Assembly (NCBI GenBank): GCA_964016885.1
Contig: OZ024740.1
Coordinates: forward strand, 414,904,001-414,968,000
DNA length: 64,000 nucleotides
From: Eledone cirrhosa
Lineage: Eukaryota
Direction: 5' to 3'
The position numbers and the translations under genes were made by a program. The notes below the pieces were generated by a model that saw only the letters and a program-made list of their open reading frames with translations, was not told the origin of the DNA and searched no databases. Below are positions 15,838 to 29,332 of the stretch, one piece after another (the stretch's first letter is position 1; each line of letters starts with the position of its first letter).

Positions 15838-16500
15838 TTTGTAATATACACGAATGGCAAAATGTAAACAAACTAAGTGAGAAATTAGGAATAAGAGGGA
15901 TCAGATGCAGTTTACTTGAGAGAAGATTGTGTTGGTATGGTCATGTGATGTATATAAAAGACAGCTGTATAAAAAAGTGCAGGGCGATCAAAATTGATGG
16001 AAGCTATGGAGTAGGTAGACCCAGAAAAACCTGGAACGAGGTGATAAAAGCTGACCTTGCACACTTGCACCTCTCTAAGATCTTTGGTGCTATGCAGTAA
16101 TACAGAAGACCTACCTTCCCTTAAGTAAAAACTTAAACCTACAGTCAGTAGGCATCTCTTAACCCAATATACACCCCAATTGCCCCCACCACTATTTCTC
16201 TGTAAAGTTATGTTGGTACCTCAGAAAATCCAACCCACACTAAAGTGGTCATGTAGGTGTCATGACAAAAATCACCCAGCCCACACTGTAAAGTGGACAT
16301 GTAGGTACCACAGAAAAAAGCACTCAGCTACACTGTAAATGTGGATGGCGCTAGGAAGAGCATCCAGCCATAGAAAACCAGCCAGAAACAGTCCTATACG
16401 AGCGAGACACAATCATCCAACCCAACTTGCTTCAAGTGGGACAAACCCATCTGACCCATGCTAGCGTGGAAGATAGACATTAAATGATGATGATGATGAT
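15838..16500 (+). mobile_element. RTE LINE 3' end with long 3' UTR and (GAT)n tail
   Basis: RL.WYGHV..GRPRKTW remnants, 49-bp-type subrepeats, GGAAGAGCATCCAGCC motif, terminal CCATGCTAGCGTGG hairpin. Confidence 0.9.
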
Positions 16501-16511
16501 ATATATATATA

Positions 16512-16850
16512 TCATCATCATCACCATTTTACGTCTGTTCTTCCACGCTAGCATGGGTTAGACGAGTTGTCCTGTTGTGGGTAGTGTCCAGTCGACTGAC
16601 CTTGTCTTGTCCGTATGGGAACTGATTCTGGCTTAATTTCTACAGCTGGATACCCTTCCTAACACCAACCTCATTTACAGTGAGTGCTGGGTGCTTTTTT
16701 CTGTGGCGCCTACATGTCCACTTTACAGTGTGGGCTGGGTGCTTTTTTGCCATGGCACCTCCACGACCACTTTGCAGGGGGGGGGGGGGATATTGTTTAT
16801 ATGCTTCAGTTTCGGCTTGTACCCGTGGGAAGGTAATTGGGTAAGGTTGT
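16512..16850 (-). mobile_element. RTE LINE long 3' UTR (5'-truncated)
   Basis: Closely matches 62571-62890. Confidence 0.9.
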
Positions 16851-16952
16851 ATATACATATATATAGTAATAATAATAAATGTGAAGACTAAAATCCAAAG
16901 AGGGCTCGATAAGGATAAATATATATCAAATATATAAGAACCCTAGAGCAAA

Positions 16953-16956
<4 letters not shown>

Positions 16957-17020
<64 letters not shown>
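16957..17020. repeat. (TA)n(GA)n microsatellite
   Basis: Directly visible. Confidence 0.95.
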
Positions 17021-17774
17021 AGAGGGGGATACTCAGATACTCAGCAAAAAATTTTAAACTAACTTAATACCACCAGCAACATTAAAATTTGTTTAACCAT
17101 TTTGATATCAAGCTGCCTGAATTTGCCCCTGGTTCTTTCACACCAAATTCTTTATTTGAAAGTATTCATATTTATCTGAAAACCTCTAATCATAATTTTT
17201 GTAAGAACTTTTAAGTTATATTGCAAACACCAGTTTAATAATGAGAAAATTCATTATTTTCCTACATCCCTCAAAGTTTTTGCTTATTTTCAAAATGATT
17301 TGAAAATCATAGTCAGCATCATTCATTAGAAATAATACAAGACTGATTAAATGTGTTGGAGTCTGAGAGTTGTCCCTCTGGAGTTGATGAAATTAGTACA
17401 AAAGCATGTATTAGACTTAATTCACATTTTCTGGTATTGTGCCAATGTTAGATATCACTATTAAACAAAGAATTAAGAGCCAAGCTTCAAGATTGGACAT
17501 TATCCATTTAGCAGAGGAATGGAAAATATATCAGAATTTGGCAATATAAATATTTCATACCACTATGATATTAGATTTAGTAAATATTATGACATTAATT
17601 TACTCCTTGTGTGATGTTATAGTTTGTCTTGGAGTTACAACAATAATGAGATCAACAATGTGATAATTATGGTGAGTAATCAAAGGAGTGTCTACAAGGT
17701 TGCTTAACTTGCTGGAAATAACAGCCTAATCTCCCTCAAACAACAACCTATCATCTTAGAAAATATAGAAGATA

Positions 17775-18115
17775 CAGTGGAACCTCGGTTCATGAATGCC
17801 TATCACCATGAACAAATTGGTTCATGAACAATTTTTCCAAACATAAAACATCTTGGTTCACGAACAGTGTCTTGACTAATGAACATGCAAGCAGGCAACA
17901 ACAGTGGTGACAAGCTTGGAGTTTCAGCAGGAAAATGTCACTTGCTGTGTAGTTAGTTACTACAGTGATATTTATCTGTCTTTCACATACAGTCTCTCTC
18001 TTACTGTATTTCTTTTTCAACATTTAGTATGGGGAAAATAGTTTTGGTTTACGAACATTTTCGGTGATGAATGGCCTTCAGGAATGAATTAAGTTCTTGA
18101 ACCAAGGGTCCACAG
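17775..18115. mobile_element. Tigger/pogo-type non-autonomous DNA transposon
   Basis: TIR CAGTGGAACCTCGGTTCATGAA versus TTCTTGAACCAAGGGTCCACAG, with TA on both flanks; interrupts an older repeat. Confidence 0.8.
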
Positions 18116-18788
18116 TATTAGATAAGGTAGTCCAAGATTCTCTGCTTGAAAATATAATGAAATTGACATGACTGGATTACCCTTGACCATCAGTCTTCTC
18201 AATCAGAGCTGACTTGGCATTAAGTAACATCAACATGAACAATTATGGTTTCTAAGTTTGGTACAAGGCCAGAAAATTTATGGAAAGGGTAAAGTCAACA
18301 CAATTAAATCTAATACTTGACTGGTACTTATTTTATAAAATTATGAAAGTGAGATTTAACTCAGAATATAAAGGACTAGAGCTAAATAATTGTTTCTACT
18401 TTTGGCACAAGGCCAGCAATTACCCAGTGCATTACTGGTACTTTATTTTATTGACCCCGGAAGGATGAAAGGCAAAGTTAACCTCGGCAGCATTTGAACT
18501 CAGAAACTAAATAATATAAGGTATTTTGTCTGGTGTTCTATTGTTAGTGTTAAACAATAACCTTCAAGTCATACTCAACCCTTTAGAAAAAGAAAGACAC
18601 AATGAACTATGTAGTCTCTGATATACAAAGAACAGGGATGGTCATGGTTGAAAAACCTTTGATCATATTCCAATTCAATCAGAGTCTTTCATTATCATAT
18701 TTCTAATAGAAGATACTATGGTTTTTGTATAATTTAAAAAATAATCAAGGATTTAGAAATATAACTAAGTTTCTAATTATTAAGCTGG

Positions 18789-19006
18789 TGTAGAGTGATG
18801 GATTGGCAATATTGGTAAAATATCAGATAAAATGCTTTGAGGTGTTTAGTTATGACCTTCTATGTTCTGAGTTTAAATCCAACTGAGGTCAGCTTTGCCT
18901 TTCATCCTTCTGGGGTTGATAAAATAAGTACCAGTTAAGTACTGGGGTTGATATAATCAGCTTTCCCTGCCCCCAAAATTGCTGGCCTTGTGCCAATGCT
19001 AGAAAG
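18789..19006 (+). mobile_element. tRNA-derived SINE inserted in a family B MITE
   Basis: 14-bp target-site duplication AATTATTAAGCTGG at 18775-18788 and 19007-19020. Confidence 0.85.
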
Positions 19007-21558
19007 AATTATTAAGCTGGCATTTGAAGCATAAATTAACAAAGTTTCTTACATAAAATTATGATGGAAGGTTTCTAGATAAATATAAACATTTTTTAAT
19101 AGTTTAGTAATGTAGAACTAGAGGGGTAGCTGTTTCAGGAAGTTTGGTAACAAACGGGTTAAATAATAACTACAACCACAAGCAGTAAGATAGCAATCTC
19201 AATCAGTGTTCAGATCCAGAGGCTGAGTAAATTGAGATAACTGATTGACCCTAGTCTGAGATTGAACCAGGTGGATCTGGTTCTTATTCCAAACAGTTAG
19301 ATGAACTGAAGTGATGTAGAATAAAGTGTTATGATCCAAAATACAATACAAAGACTGTAGAAAGTTTTAACTCAAAACTGATAAGCAGGAAGTGTAATAT
19401 TTTCTCCTCAAGTCACTCACAAGTGTGTAATAATTTCTTACATTAGCACAAATCCACAAATATATAATACAAAAGTCCAGTGGAACCCTCAACTACAATA
19501 AATTAAAACCTCTGGATTAGAAGAATGAAATTTACCCTTTTTTATGCCATAATCATTCTCAATGAAAATTTTCTGTGAATTGTGTTAACACTACCATTTT
19601 TTTCAAACTGTTTTCTACTCAATAACTCTAAATACCTAAATACCTTGTCTCCTTTGTTTGATTTACGAAATAAAGGAAACAATTTGATACAGACATGAAA
19701 CAATAGTATTTTGAACTATCATTTAGAGGTGAAAGGCAAAGTTGACATACATTTGAAACTGAGAGAGCAAACCTAAATACCACAATATATACAGTCTATA
19801 AGCCAATGAAGGAACCTCTGTAGAGTTAAAAATAACACCCAAATCCCCCTCAAATGATACAAACAGTTTTAAAAAGGACATAATACAGTATGGCTGAAAA
19901 GATGCAGAATGGTCATGGTGGGAATGGCTTTGATCATAGGTCTGTTCAATCAGAGCTGATATGGGGTAACAACAGCAACAATCATTATTATTACAAGCAT
20001 GATAAAAGTGACTGAGTGGAAGAAATGTTAGGACAAACAGGAATAAATTCTACTTGACTGTGTTTATTTAGATTCTCTTATTTAAAGGTTCTGTCCCTCA
20101 AAATTATGATCTCTCACAATGAAGTAAAAAAAATTGTAGTAAAGACCGAAGGAATAGCAATGTTTTAAGAAAAATGAGTGTAGTACGCTCCACTGATGGA
20201 AAAACATATATGCATTGCCCAACTGGAACAGAACTGCAAAGGCCAGACAATATTCCAGATACTAAGTGCACAACCTTATTCAACACAATCATTACCTGCC
20301 ATGATAGTCAAAAGGATAATAATTAGCATTACAGTTCATTCATGGTGCTGATTTTGATCTGACTGCATGGAATCTTGGGCAAGTATCTTAGCTTCAACCA
20401 ATATCTTCTTTCCATCATTCATCTCTATTGCAATTCATCATTTCACCACTTTTTCTTGCTATCCATTATTTCTACTCTTTTACTATCACCTATCTTTATT
20501 GTTATCCTTCAACCCTCCATGTTTTCTTGCATTTCTCCCTCTTCTATCACTATTTGTTGACATACATCTTCCTCACACCACCCCACTCCTTCCATCACTT
20601 TGCCTCCCTCAGATCACTCCCTCTTCACATATCATACCACCAGTAGTCTTTCAATTCAACCTTCCATCACGCTGCACATGCTGTTTTCCTAAACAATCTC
20701 CTTACCAACAACCAGCAGGCTGTTGTCTATCACTGTCTCTTTTTTATTACTCCCCTCCTACCACCCTCACAATGCTATTATTCTATTCCCTCCACCCCAC
20801 TCATATCTGAGCTCTTTCTTCTGTCACCTTCATGGTCCTCACACACTTCTATTCACTCTGTTAGTTATGTTAGACAGGGAGCTTTAGTCATTCTGGTGCT
20901 TGTGCTGCCATAATATGCACCCAATACACTTGGTAAAGAGGTTAGCAGGGCATCCAACTGAGAAATCATGCCAAATTAAACAGTGAGAATGATGTTCCTC
21001 CAAATAAAAACTGACCTAGACTGTGATGACATGTTCAACCCATGCCAGAATGGAAAGTGGACATAAAATGGTTATATATGTATTCCAACCCTTGCTGTCA
21101 GGGAAAATGGATGTTAAATGATGATGATGATGAGGATATTATATATATTGCTGACGACACAGATACATACACACAAAACACACATAGAATCACATACACA
21201 GAGGAAACAACAATCCTGTTAATATGAGAGAGAGAGAGAGATAGGTGGACGGTTAAGATGTAATTTTAGTTGTGAGTGTTTTCAGCTTGAATAAGTTTTA
21301 TGCTATATATTCAGATTTCTCAGAATAGCCAAAACCAAGAATTGAGAAACTGATGGAATGGTGTCAATGACCAAACACTGGCCAAATCACTGACTGACAT
21401 TGCTTGTAACTTCATTTTTATATAATATATCGTAGAGAGTCTTGTTGACCTGTGATTTGTGCTAGAGAAGACCCACACGCCAATACAAACAGTGCAATGT
21501 TAAATGTAAATCGTGGTGAGAGAAAGAAGACTGTTTGTAATGGAGAGGACCTTCTTTG

Positions 21559-21832
21559 ATCATGATCATCATTTTATGTCTGCTTTTCCCTGCTTGCAAG
21601 GGTGGGACGGGTCCTATTCAGCACAGCATCTCTCCATTTGTCACGGTCCTTCATCATCTCCTCTGTGAGCTTCAGCGATCTGAGGTCTGCTTCACCACCT
21701 CCGCCCATGTTTTTCGTGGTCTTCCTCTACTGCGTCTTCCTTCTACTGGGATTTCTTGGCACTTCATTACCCAGCGGTCATCCTCCCTGCGCATCACATG
21801 TCCATACCATCGCAGTCTTCTCTCCCGTACAC
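21559..21832 (-). mobile_element. RTE LINE 3' end, short-tail subfamily
   Basis: Minus strand reads SVRERRLRWYGHVMRREDDRWVMKCQEIPVEGRRSRGRPRKTW, then a (GAT)n tail. Confidence 0.9.
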
Positions 21833-22227
21833 TACAACTTATGATGACAATGATATGTATATATTTATGTGTATATTTTTCAGAGAAGGATGTAAATATT
21901 GACAACACAACCACAAAATCAGGGATCATCAAATGAAGACCATTTATGAAATTTGTTCTGCACCAATTTACAGATACTCCCTTGTCACTCTCACCATCAG
22001 AAATGTAAAGAACCAGTGATTGGGTAATAGGAAAACCATATCCAATGATCTTTTTGTTCATTAATTGTAATATAAAATAGAGATTGAAACAAATAAATTG
22101 GTGTAAAACATAGAACATTGGATAGTTGTTTGTATCAACAGATCTGACTCCACAGATTTGTTCAGGTATGTTATAAACTGATATCAATTGACCCCAACCA
22201 TCCGCCTTTGCTGAAATTAATCTTATT

Positions 22228-22454
22228 TTAACCCTTTAGCATTTAAACTGGCCGTATCTGACCAGAATTCTCTCATCTCTTTCTGTTCAAACCAGCCGTA
22301 ACTCGCCACTCATACTTATATTAAGGTATTGTTCTCGAAATAAATAACATAAAATTGTCGTAGATTCGATCATATGAAATAATTATGTAAGATAAAGCTT
22401 TTACCAAAAAAATACAATAGTAAATATAGAGTAATATAAATGCTAAATTGTTAA
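22228..22454. mobile_element. piggyBac-type MITE, family A
   Basis: TTAA flanks, TIR and internal identity to the other copies. Confidence 0.88.
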
Positions 22455-23091
22455 AGAAAATAATGCTAACATGCTTAACATTAAAACACTACATGGTTAG
22501 AAAGTTTGCCTTACAACTACACATTTTGGGGCCTCAATCTCACTGTGGTGCCTTGAGTAAGTTTCTTCTGTCATAGCATCTGGTCAACTAAAGCCTTATT
22601 AGTGAATCTGTATGGCAGCTGTCTGGAGGGTCCTTCCTATTCTTGGATAGTAGATATAATTTGTTTACTTTTTTAACATCCCTACCTGTCCCTTGTGTGT
22701 ACTTAGCGAAAGTCTAATCTGTTGCAAGTATTCAGGCCAGGTCTCCAGTTTGATGATAAACACATCTTTTCCTATCATCCCACCAGTCTTAGAGGTTCTG
22801 AAAAAGGATCTGTAATTCTCTCTAATACGTAATTTAATAACGTCTAATAACGCCATTTAAAAAAATCAGAATGTCTGGTCAAGCTGACCTATAATCAAAG
22901 GCATTTCATCCATGAATGACCATCAAACACATATATTTTCTTTTTTTTTAATGAAGGTTATAATTTGAGGGAAATCTGGCTGTTATTTCTAGCAGATTGA
23001 ACAACTATATAGAAGCTCCTGGTTGGCTCACCCTACTCCTATAATTGTATGGACAGTAGACTAGCAGAAATGGTAGAGTATTGGAAATAAT

Positions 23092-23311
23092 TGTTTCTAC
23101 TTTAGGCACAAGGCCAGCAATTTGAGAGGGGGGGGGGGAGGAGTTGATTGAATCAACCCCAGTACTTACTGGTACTATATTTTATCGACCCCAAAAGGAT
23201 GAAAGGCAAAGCTAACCTCGGTGGGATTTTAACTCAGAATGTAAAGGGCCGTAACTTTCTGCCACAAAGCATGTTGTCTGATGCTCTACCGATACTGCCA
23301 ATCAACTGCAC
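23092..23311 (-). mobile_element. SINE nested in an older, oppositely oriented SINE (23053-23482)
   Basis: 15-bp TSD AGTATTGGAAATAAT at 23077-23091 and 23312-23326. Confidence 0.85.
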
Positions 23312-24164
23312 AGTATTGGAAATAATACAGCATTTATATTTTCATTTCAAATCCCACCAAAATTAGATTTGCCTTTAATGCACCCCACAATGTAATAAAA
23401 TAAATACCAGTCAAGTACTAATATAGTATAATAGACTATTCTCCTTGCCAAGATTTGTGGCCTTGTAACTATGTTCGAAATGCTTTGTAATTGCTACTAC
23501 TATTATTATTATTATTAACAACAGCAGTTGTAGCTTTTGAGTTTTTATTGTTATTAATCTAAGTTCTGCATTAGAATTTTCCAATTAGATTTAATTTTTC
23601 ATTTTAAATGTTCACCAAATGAGAAAACCAAATTTTAGACTGTACATATTCTAAACATATTTAATATGGAATAAATCTCAGAAGTGAATAAATTGAAAGA
23701 AAAAAAGGAGAGAGAGAGAGAAAGTGAAGGAAATGAAGGGAATAAAAAGAAGTGAGTTTAAATCACCAAATACACATTTTCAGTTAAACATGAAAAGATG
23801 CAAATGTTTCTACTTAGAAAGTTTTTGATCCATTGGAAAAATGGATTATCTAAGTTGGATTGAAACAAGTAGGATTTATGTTCTGTGTGTTAAAACTGAA
23901 GGCAAAGCTTTTTATGGAATTCTTCTCTTATTAAATCAGTTTTCTTTTAGATGACAAACATTAAAAGTATAATTAAAAAATATGAATGCCACTGGTATTA
24001 CTGTCCTTATTGTTCACCTGACTCAAGAATACAAAGAGCTGGAACAAGTACCTCAGCATTTGGTCTCACACTAACTATTTTGCTAATTCACGGCATTAAC
24101 TTAAATCCTGTACCACAAGAAACCACATTAGCAAGAAATTCTTCTTCCTCATCTACATATTCCT

Positions 24165-25010
24165 GAGAGGATCAGGGGGGCAGAGTTACCAGGCATGCCT
24201 CCCAGAGGGTTCTATTGGAACTGTTTCCAAATGATTTGGCTGGATCCCTAAGCAAAACCACCCAAAATGAAGGATACCATCAAACCATCTTGGGCATGGT
24301 CTACCGCTTCGTTTCCTGCTGGTTTGCTTGTAAAATCTGTCCAGTGATCTTTTTCCTTAGACATTCTAATCCCCTCTCAATAGTACTGGAGCTGTGATCT
24401 TTTGATGTTGAGAAGTATCAGCTTTACCTAGAAAGAGACTGATCTTTGATCTACTTACTCTATCAAATAATGTTAATCCAGAGCCCCCTTGGAAGGACCC
24501 TATTTCAGCTGCTTGTATTTGCAATTGTTTTCTTTCGGTCATAACCCAAGATTAATGATCACAGGTTAGGGTAAGCATGAATACTGAACTGAAGATAGCA
24601 AGTTTGGCTTTTACACCTATCTCCCTTTTGATAATCGAGTGCTGAAGCTGGTGTATTATTGTACCATTTCAAGCTATTCTTGCATTTAATTCAGCCTCCT
24701 GCCTTCCATCACTCATAAAAATGGCCCTGGGATTACTGAAACTTATCCATCTGTTTTAGTGTAACTCACATGCAGAGCGCATTGCACAAGCTTTCTTGAA
24801 AGAATAAATGTTTCAATCTTCATAGAACTGATTTTCATTCATGCCATACAGCACTCAGCAGCAAATCTATTCAGTACAGGCCAATGATTATCTTCTGATG
24901 AGTTAAGTAGCACCATGTTGTCTGCAAATATTGGCCGGTAACAAAACTAGCGAGTGTAGAATTGGTTGGCTGAAGACATTCTTGAAAAGCACAAAACAGC
25001 ACTATGACTA
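24165..25010 (-). mobile_element. Old degenerate RTE-like LINE 3' portion
   Basis: Minus-strand remnants of TLTCDH..WVMTE..IQAAEIG and QLQY..V.RM..RPCPRW motifs; related piece at 58160-58410. Confidence 0.65.
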
Positions 25011-25070
25011 CCAGCAGTTGAAGATCCTGTCTTTTATTTAGGACATCATTATCCAATATGTCCTTCCCTC

Positions 25071-25256
25071 TTAACCCTTTAGCATTTAAACCAGCCATAT
25101 CTGGTCAGAATTCTCTCACCTTTTAAGGTATTGTTCTCAAAATAAATAATATCAAAATCTCATAGATTTGATATTATGTGAGATAATTATGTGAAATAGT
25201 GTTTACCGTAAAAATACTATAGTATATATAGAGTAATGTGAATGCTAAAGGGTTAA
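25071..25256. mobile_element. piggyBac-type MITE, family A (internally deleted)
   Basis: TTAACCCTTTAGCATT...AATGCTAAAGGGTTAA ends. Confidence 0.88.
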
Positions 25257-25937
25257 AATTGGACCCAGGCAAGCACTGCTTTGTTAATTTTCCCTAAAAC
25301 AAAACATTGCTATTGTCAAGCCAATATGGCAGCCTTGAAATGGTCACTCAACCATCTAGAAATAGTAGCCACATTTTTCTTTAAATCACAGCCTTAAAAA
25401 GACTACATTGATTAGATACACGATGCTAGAAAAAACAAACAAAAAAAAATGTGATACTCGTGGCTGGAACATTTTGGATCCAACCAATCTGCTGAATCAG
25501 GACTGGAAGATGGACGTTAAACGATGATGATGACCTGAGGTTAAACAACAACAACTCCAACAATATTGGCTATTGTAATTCAATATTTTTACAGACTAAA
25601 CACTCTCAGTAAATATGGTAATACATTTTCTATCAATTATGAGCAAAACATTTTGAAGAATAAAGAAAAATATCAAACTTTAATGTTAATTATAAAATTA
25701 TTTTTGTGGCATTCGATAATTTTTAATGGTTTTAATGTTATTTTCTTTTGTTTAATTCCAAGATTATTTTAGAAATTCACTTAATCATTTTCACATTGAA
25801 AATGAACTTTAATCATTGAAACAGTATTGGGCTATAGATTTCAATACATTGTAGAGAAAGATTTGAAGGTTAGGAGTTTCAATGAATGGCCAGTTTTCAA
25901 GAGTTAGAATAAAACAAGTAAACACACACTAGTCTTG

Positions 25938-26137
25938 NNNNNNNNNNNNNNNNNNNNNNNNNNNNNNNNNNNNNNNNNNNNNNNNNNNNNNNNNNNNNNN
26001 NNNNNNNNNNNNNNNNNNNNNNNNNNNNNNNNNNNNNNNNNNNNNNNNNNNNNNNNNNNNNNNNNNNNNNNNNNNNNNNNNNNNNNNNNNNNNNNNNNNN
26101 NNNNNNNNNNNNNNNNNNNNNNNNNNNNNNNNNNNNN
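25938..26137. other. Assembly gap of exactly 200 N
   Basis: Run of N; the round size suggests a scaffolding join of unknown true length. Confidence 0.99.
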
Positions 26138-26960
26138 AGTCATAGCACAACAAACTCTTTTGTGCTTGTGCCAAGAAAATTGCACCCAGTACACCCTGTA
26201 AAGTAGTTGGAGTTAGAAAAGGTGTCAGTTATAGAAACAATCCAAAAAAGGACTGAAAAGATTCTTCAGTTGTGTCAAGGGTGTGACAACCTCCCTTTTG
26301 AAGATGTTGCAATAAAACTCACTCAGTATACTCTGTAAATTGGTTGGTGACAGGAAAGGCATAATCAATTAGTCTGTGTATTTGATTATCATATATACTC
26401 AAAGTTTATTTTGTGCAAATGTCAACCCTAACTTTTACCTGTAATACATTTGCTAGTTGAAGGATTATCTTGTGTATAAATGTTTGTCAGGAAAAATATT
26501 TTCCACCGTTATTATTTGTTCACACACTGGCCTTGTGCCAAAAAGTAGAAACAATTATTTGTTCACACAAAAATTGTTTTGGATTCTCCCAAGTTCATTA
26601 TCAAAGAAAAACAGCAATTACTGTACTTTAATTAGAGCAATATAAAATACACAACAACATCATTTTTTTAAATGTGCTAGGCCATATGCATTTACCAGTA
26701 TAATTCACTATAATTCCTTAGTTGTGTTTTGTTGTTGTTTTTTAACCTTTATTCCGTTAAGAGATTATTTGGAATTCTGCTGTATGAATTGTGCCTCAAA
26801 AGTAGTATCCATCTCATACCTGACCCTTGAAATTTAACCTAAAAATCTGGTCTGGTAATTATTAGCATTTGTTATATTCTGGTTTATGATTATCATAATT
26901 GTTTTATAATCCATTGAAATATTCAAAGTCAAAATGGTTGTTATTCTGGTTCTCTTGCAG

Positions 26961-27208
26961 ATCGACTGGTTGAATCATCTGCCTTGAAGAAGGCTCTAGA
27001 AGTTGTATATGAAGCTTATTTACCAAAGAATTCCCATCCATTTCTTTACATCAGTTTAGAAATAGCACCCCAAAATGTTGACGTTAATGTCCACCCAACC
27101 AAACATGAAGTCCATTTCCTCAATGAAGATAGCATTATTGAAAGTGTACAAAAAGCTGTTGAGGCAAAACTATTAGGATGCAACTCATCTCGAACTTATT
27201 TCACACAG
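26961..27208 (+). CDS. MLH1: MLH1 exon equivalent to human exons 10+11
   Basis: [61 protein letters not shown]; AG/GT boundaries; 248 nt. Confidence 0.97.
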
Positions 27209-27356
27209 GTATCTATAAAACCATTTTAGCATTTTTTCTTTTTTTGTTGTTGCAGATGTACTTATTTTTGTCCTTTTTAATTTTACCATGTACTTTCTTC
27301 ACCAAATATGTAATGTTCATTTACATAACATTGCCTATTTAAACCCTTCTTTCCAG

Positions 27357-27426
27357 GCCTTGTTGCCAGGGGTAACAGCAACTTTGGATGATGAACATAA
27401 GAAGACATCAGAGAGTGGTAGCCAAG
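27357..27426 (+). CDS. MLH1: MLH1 exon (start of linker)
   Basis: ALLPGVTATLDDEHKKTSESGSQ(G); ttccag acceptor and GTAAGT donor; phases compatible with neighbours. Confidence 0.9.
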
Positions 27427-28340
27427 GTAAGTAACTTTCTACATAAATCCTTCATGATTTGCTAGATTCTAGCCAAAGTGACAAACAACACTTTACCTCT
27501 TTCTTCCTCATTCTCAGAGATCATGAGCCTGAAAGATTAGCTTCTTCATTCCTCACAGCAATTGAACTTATGGAATTTATGTACTTTTATAAGTAACTCA
27601 CATATTTCATCATTGTTACATCTGCTTTTTATGCTGACATAGGCTGGACAAGACCTTTGGGGACACTATTCTATGGCCGAATGCTCTACCTAACACCTTA
27701 CATATTTTAATGTGTGTTTCTTATTCCACTGACCTTTATGCATTAAACCATTAAGCTGCAATACATAAACAAATGTCACAGATTGTTTAAGAGGTCTCAT
27801 GAAAACATACACTTAGACAATGAATAAACATGAGAATGGGCTTCTGCATAATTTCAGTCTACCAAATTTTACTCACAAGACATTGCTCAGCACAAAGCTG
27901 AAATAGAAGATGCTTGCCCAATGTGCCATGCTGTGAGATTAAATCCAATGTAGTTGTGAAGTGAATTTCTTAACCACATTGCCATGTTTACACCTTTATT
28001 TACTAAGCCATAATAGAATAAAATGTAATATATCTATCACTCAGTACCAGTGAATTTAGTCATCATAATACTGAAGCTAAAATAAAATGGTTTCAGTTCC
28101 GGTTTGTATATTTATGTATGTCTATTTTCCCATTCCATGCTACAATGTTTGGCAGTCACTTTTAGAACTTAATGCTATTTTGATTGCTAATATTTCTAAA
28201 CCATGAAGAAGGAGTGGAATTCATTGTCAGTCAGATAAACTGAGTTAAGCAAAGTCATGTGCCTTGTTTGGGAAATACAAGGCTAGTAAATTAGATTGAA
28301 ACTCGTGACTATGTGTTACACATTAGAACAAAATATAATA

Positions 28341-28738
28341 ATCATCATCATCATCATCGTTTAATGTCTATCTTCCACACTAGCATGGGTTAGACGGGAA
28401 ATTGTCCCACTTGAGGCAAGTGGGTGACCGTGTCTCGCTCATATAGGACTATCTGGCAGGTTTTCTACGACTGGATGCCCTTCCTAACACCAACCACGTT
28501 TACAGTGTGGACTGGGAACTTTTTACCGTGTTACCTACACGGCCACATTACAGCGTGGACTGTGAGTTTTTTTGTTGTGACACCTATATGACCTCCTTTA
28601 TTTTGGACTGGATGTTGCGGTAGCAACATAACTTTACAGAGAAAGGGTGGTGTTGGTGGGAATGGGAGGATGGAGTTGGGGTGTATATTTGGTTAAGAGG
28701 TGCCTACTGACTGTAGGTTTTGCTTTGTACATAGGCAA
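28341..28738 (-). mobile_element. RTE long 3' UTR (5'-truncated)
   Basis: Matches 37011-37410 and, reversed, 60710-61099. Confidence 0.88.
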
Positions 28739-28953
28739 GTAATGGCTGTTGAATTACATGTGAATTCTTGGGACAATGCAATGAGTAGGATGTGAATGTG
28801 AATTAATACCACATTACATATATTTCTTGTTATCATTGGTCAAGGACCTCAGTTTCTTTAATTAGTGAATAGGTACTAGGTCTTTCAGGAGAATATTTAT
28901 TTCTCACCTGCTTAACACTACAGAAACTGAACTTAAGCATTTATCCTATGAGA

Positions 28954-29332
28954 CATCATCATCATCATTTTACGTCCATTCTTCCACGCTAGCATGGGTT
29001 AGACGGGTTGTCCTGTTGTGGGCAGTGTCTGGTCGGCTGACCATGCCTTGCTCATACAGGAACTGATCTGGCTTGATTTCTACAGCTGGATGCCCTTCCT
29101 AACACCAACCTCATTTACAGTGAGTGCTGGGTGCTTTTTCGTGGCGCCTACATATCCACTTTACAGTGTGGGCTGGGTGCTTTTTTGCCATGGCACCTCC
29201 ACGACCACCTTGCGGTGGGGGGTGTGGGAGCATATTGTCTATATGCTTCAGCTTGTACCCATGGGAGGTCGGGTACTCTGTATTACTGCGTGACGCCAGA
29301 GGTCACGGTCGTGTGTCATTGTCTTTGAGAGG
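28954..29332 (-). mobile_element. RTE 3' end with long UTR
   Basis: Nearly identical to 62580-62960. Confidence 0.9.

Noticed and set aside
21884-22165. Plus-strand segment with good acceptor and donor sites
   Set aside because: No convincing ORF or recognisable homology. Such sites occur by chance in AT-rich DNA.
25904-26201. ORFs spanning the N run
   Set aside because: Artefacts of the assembly gap.
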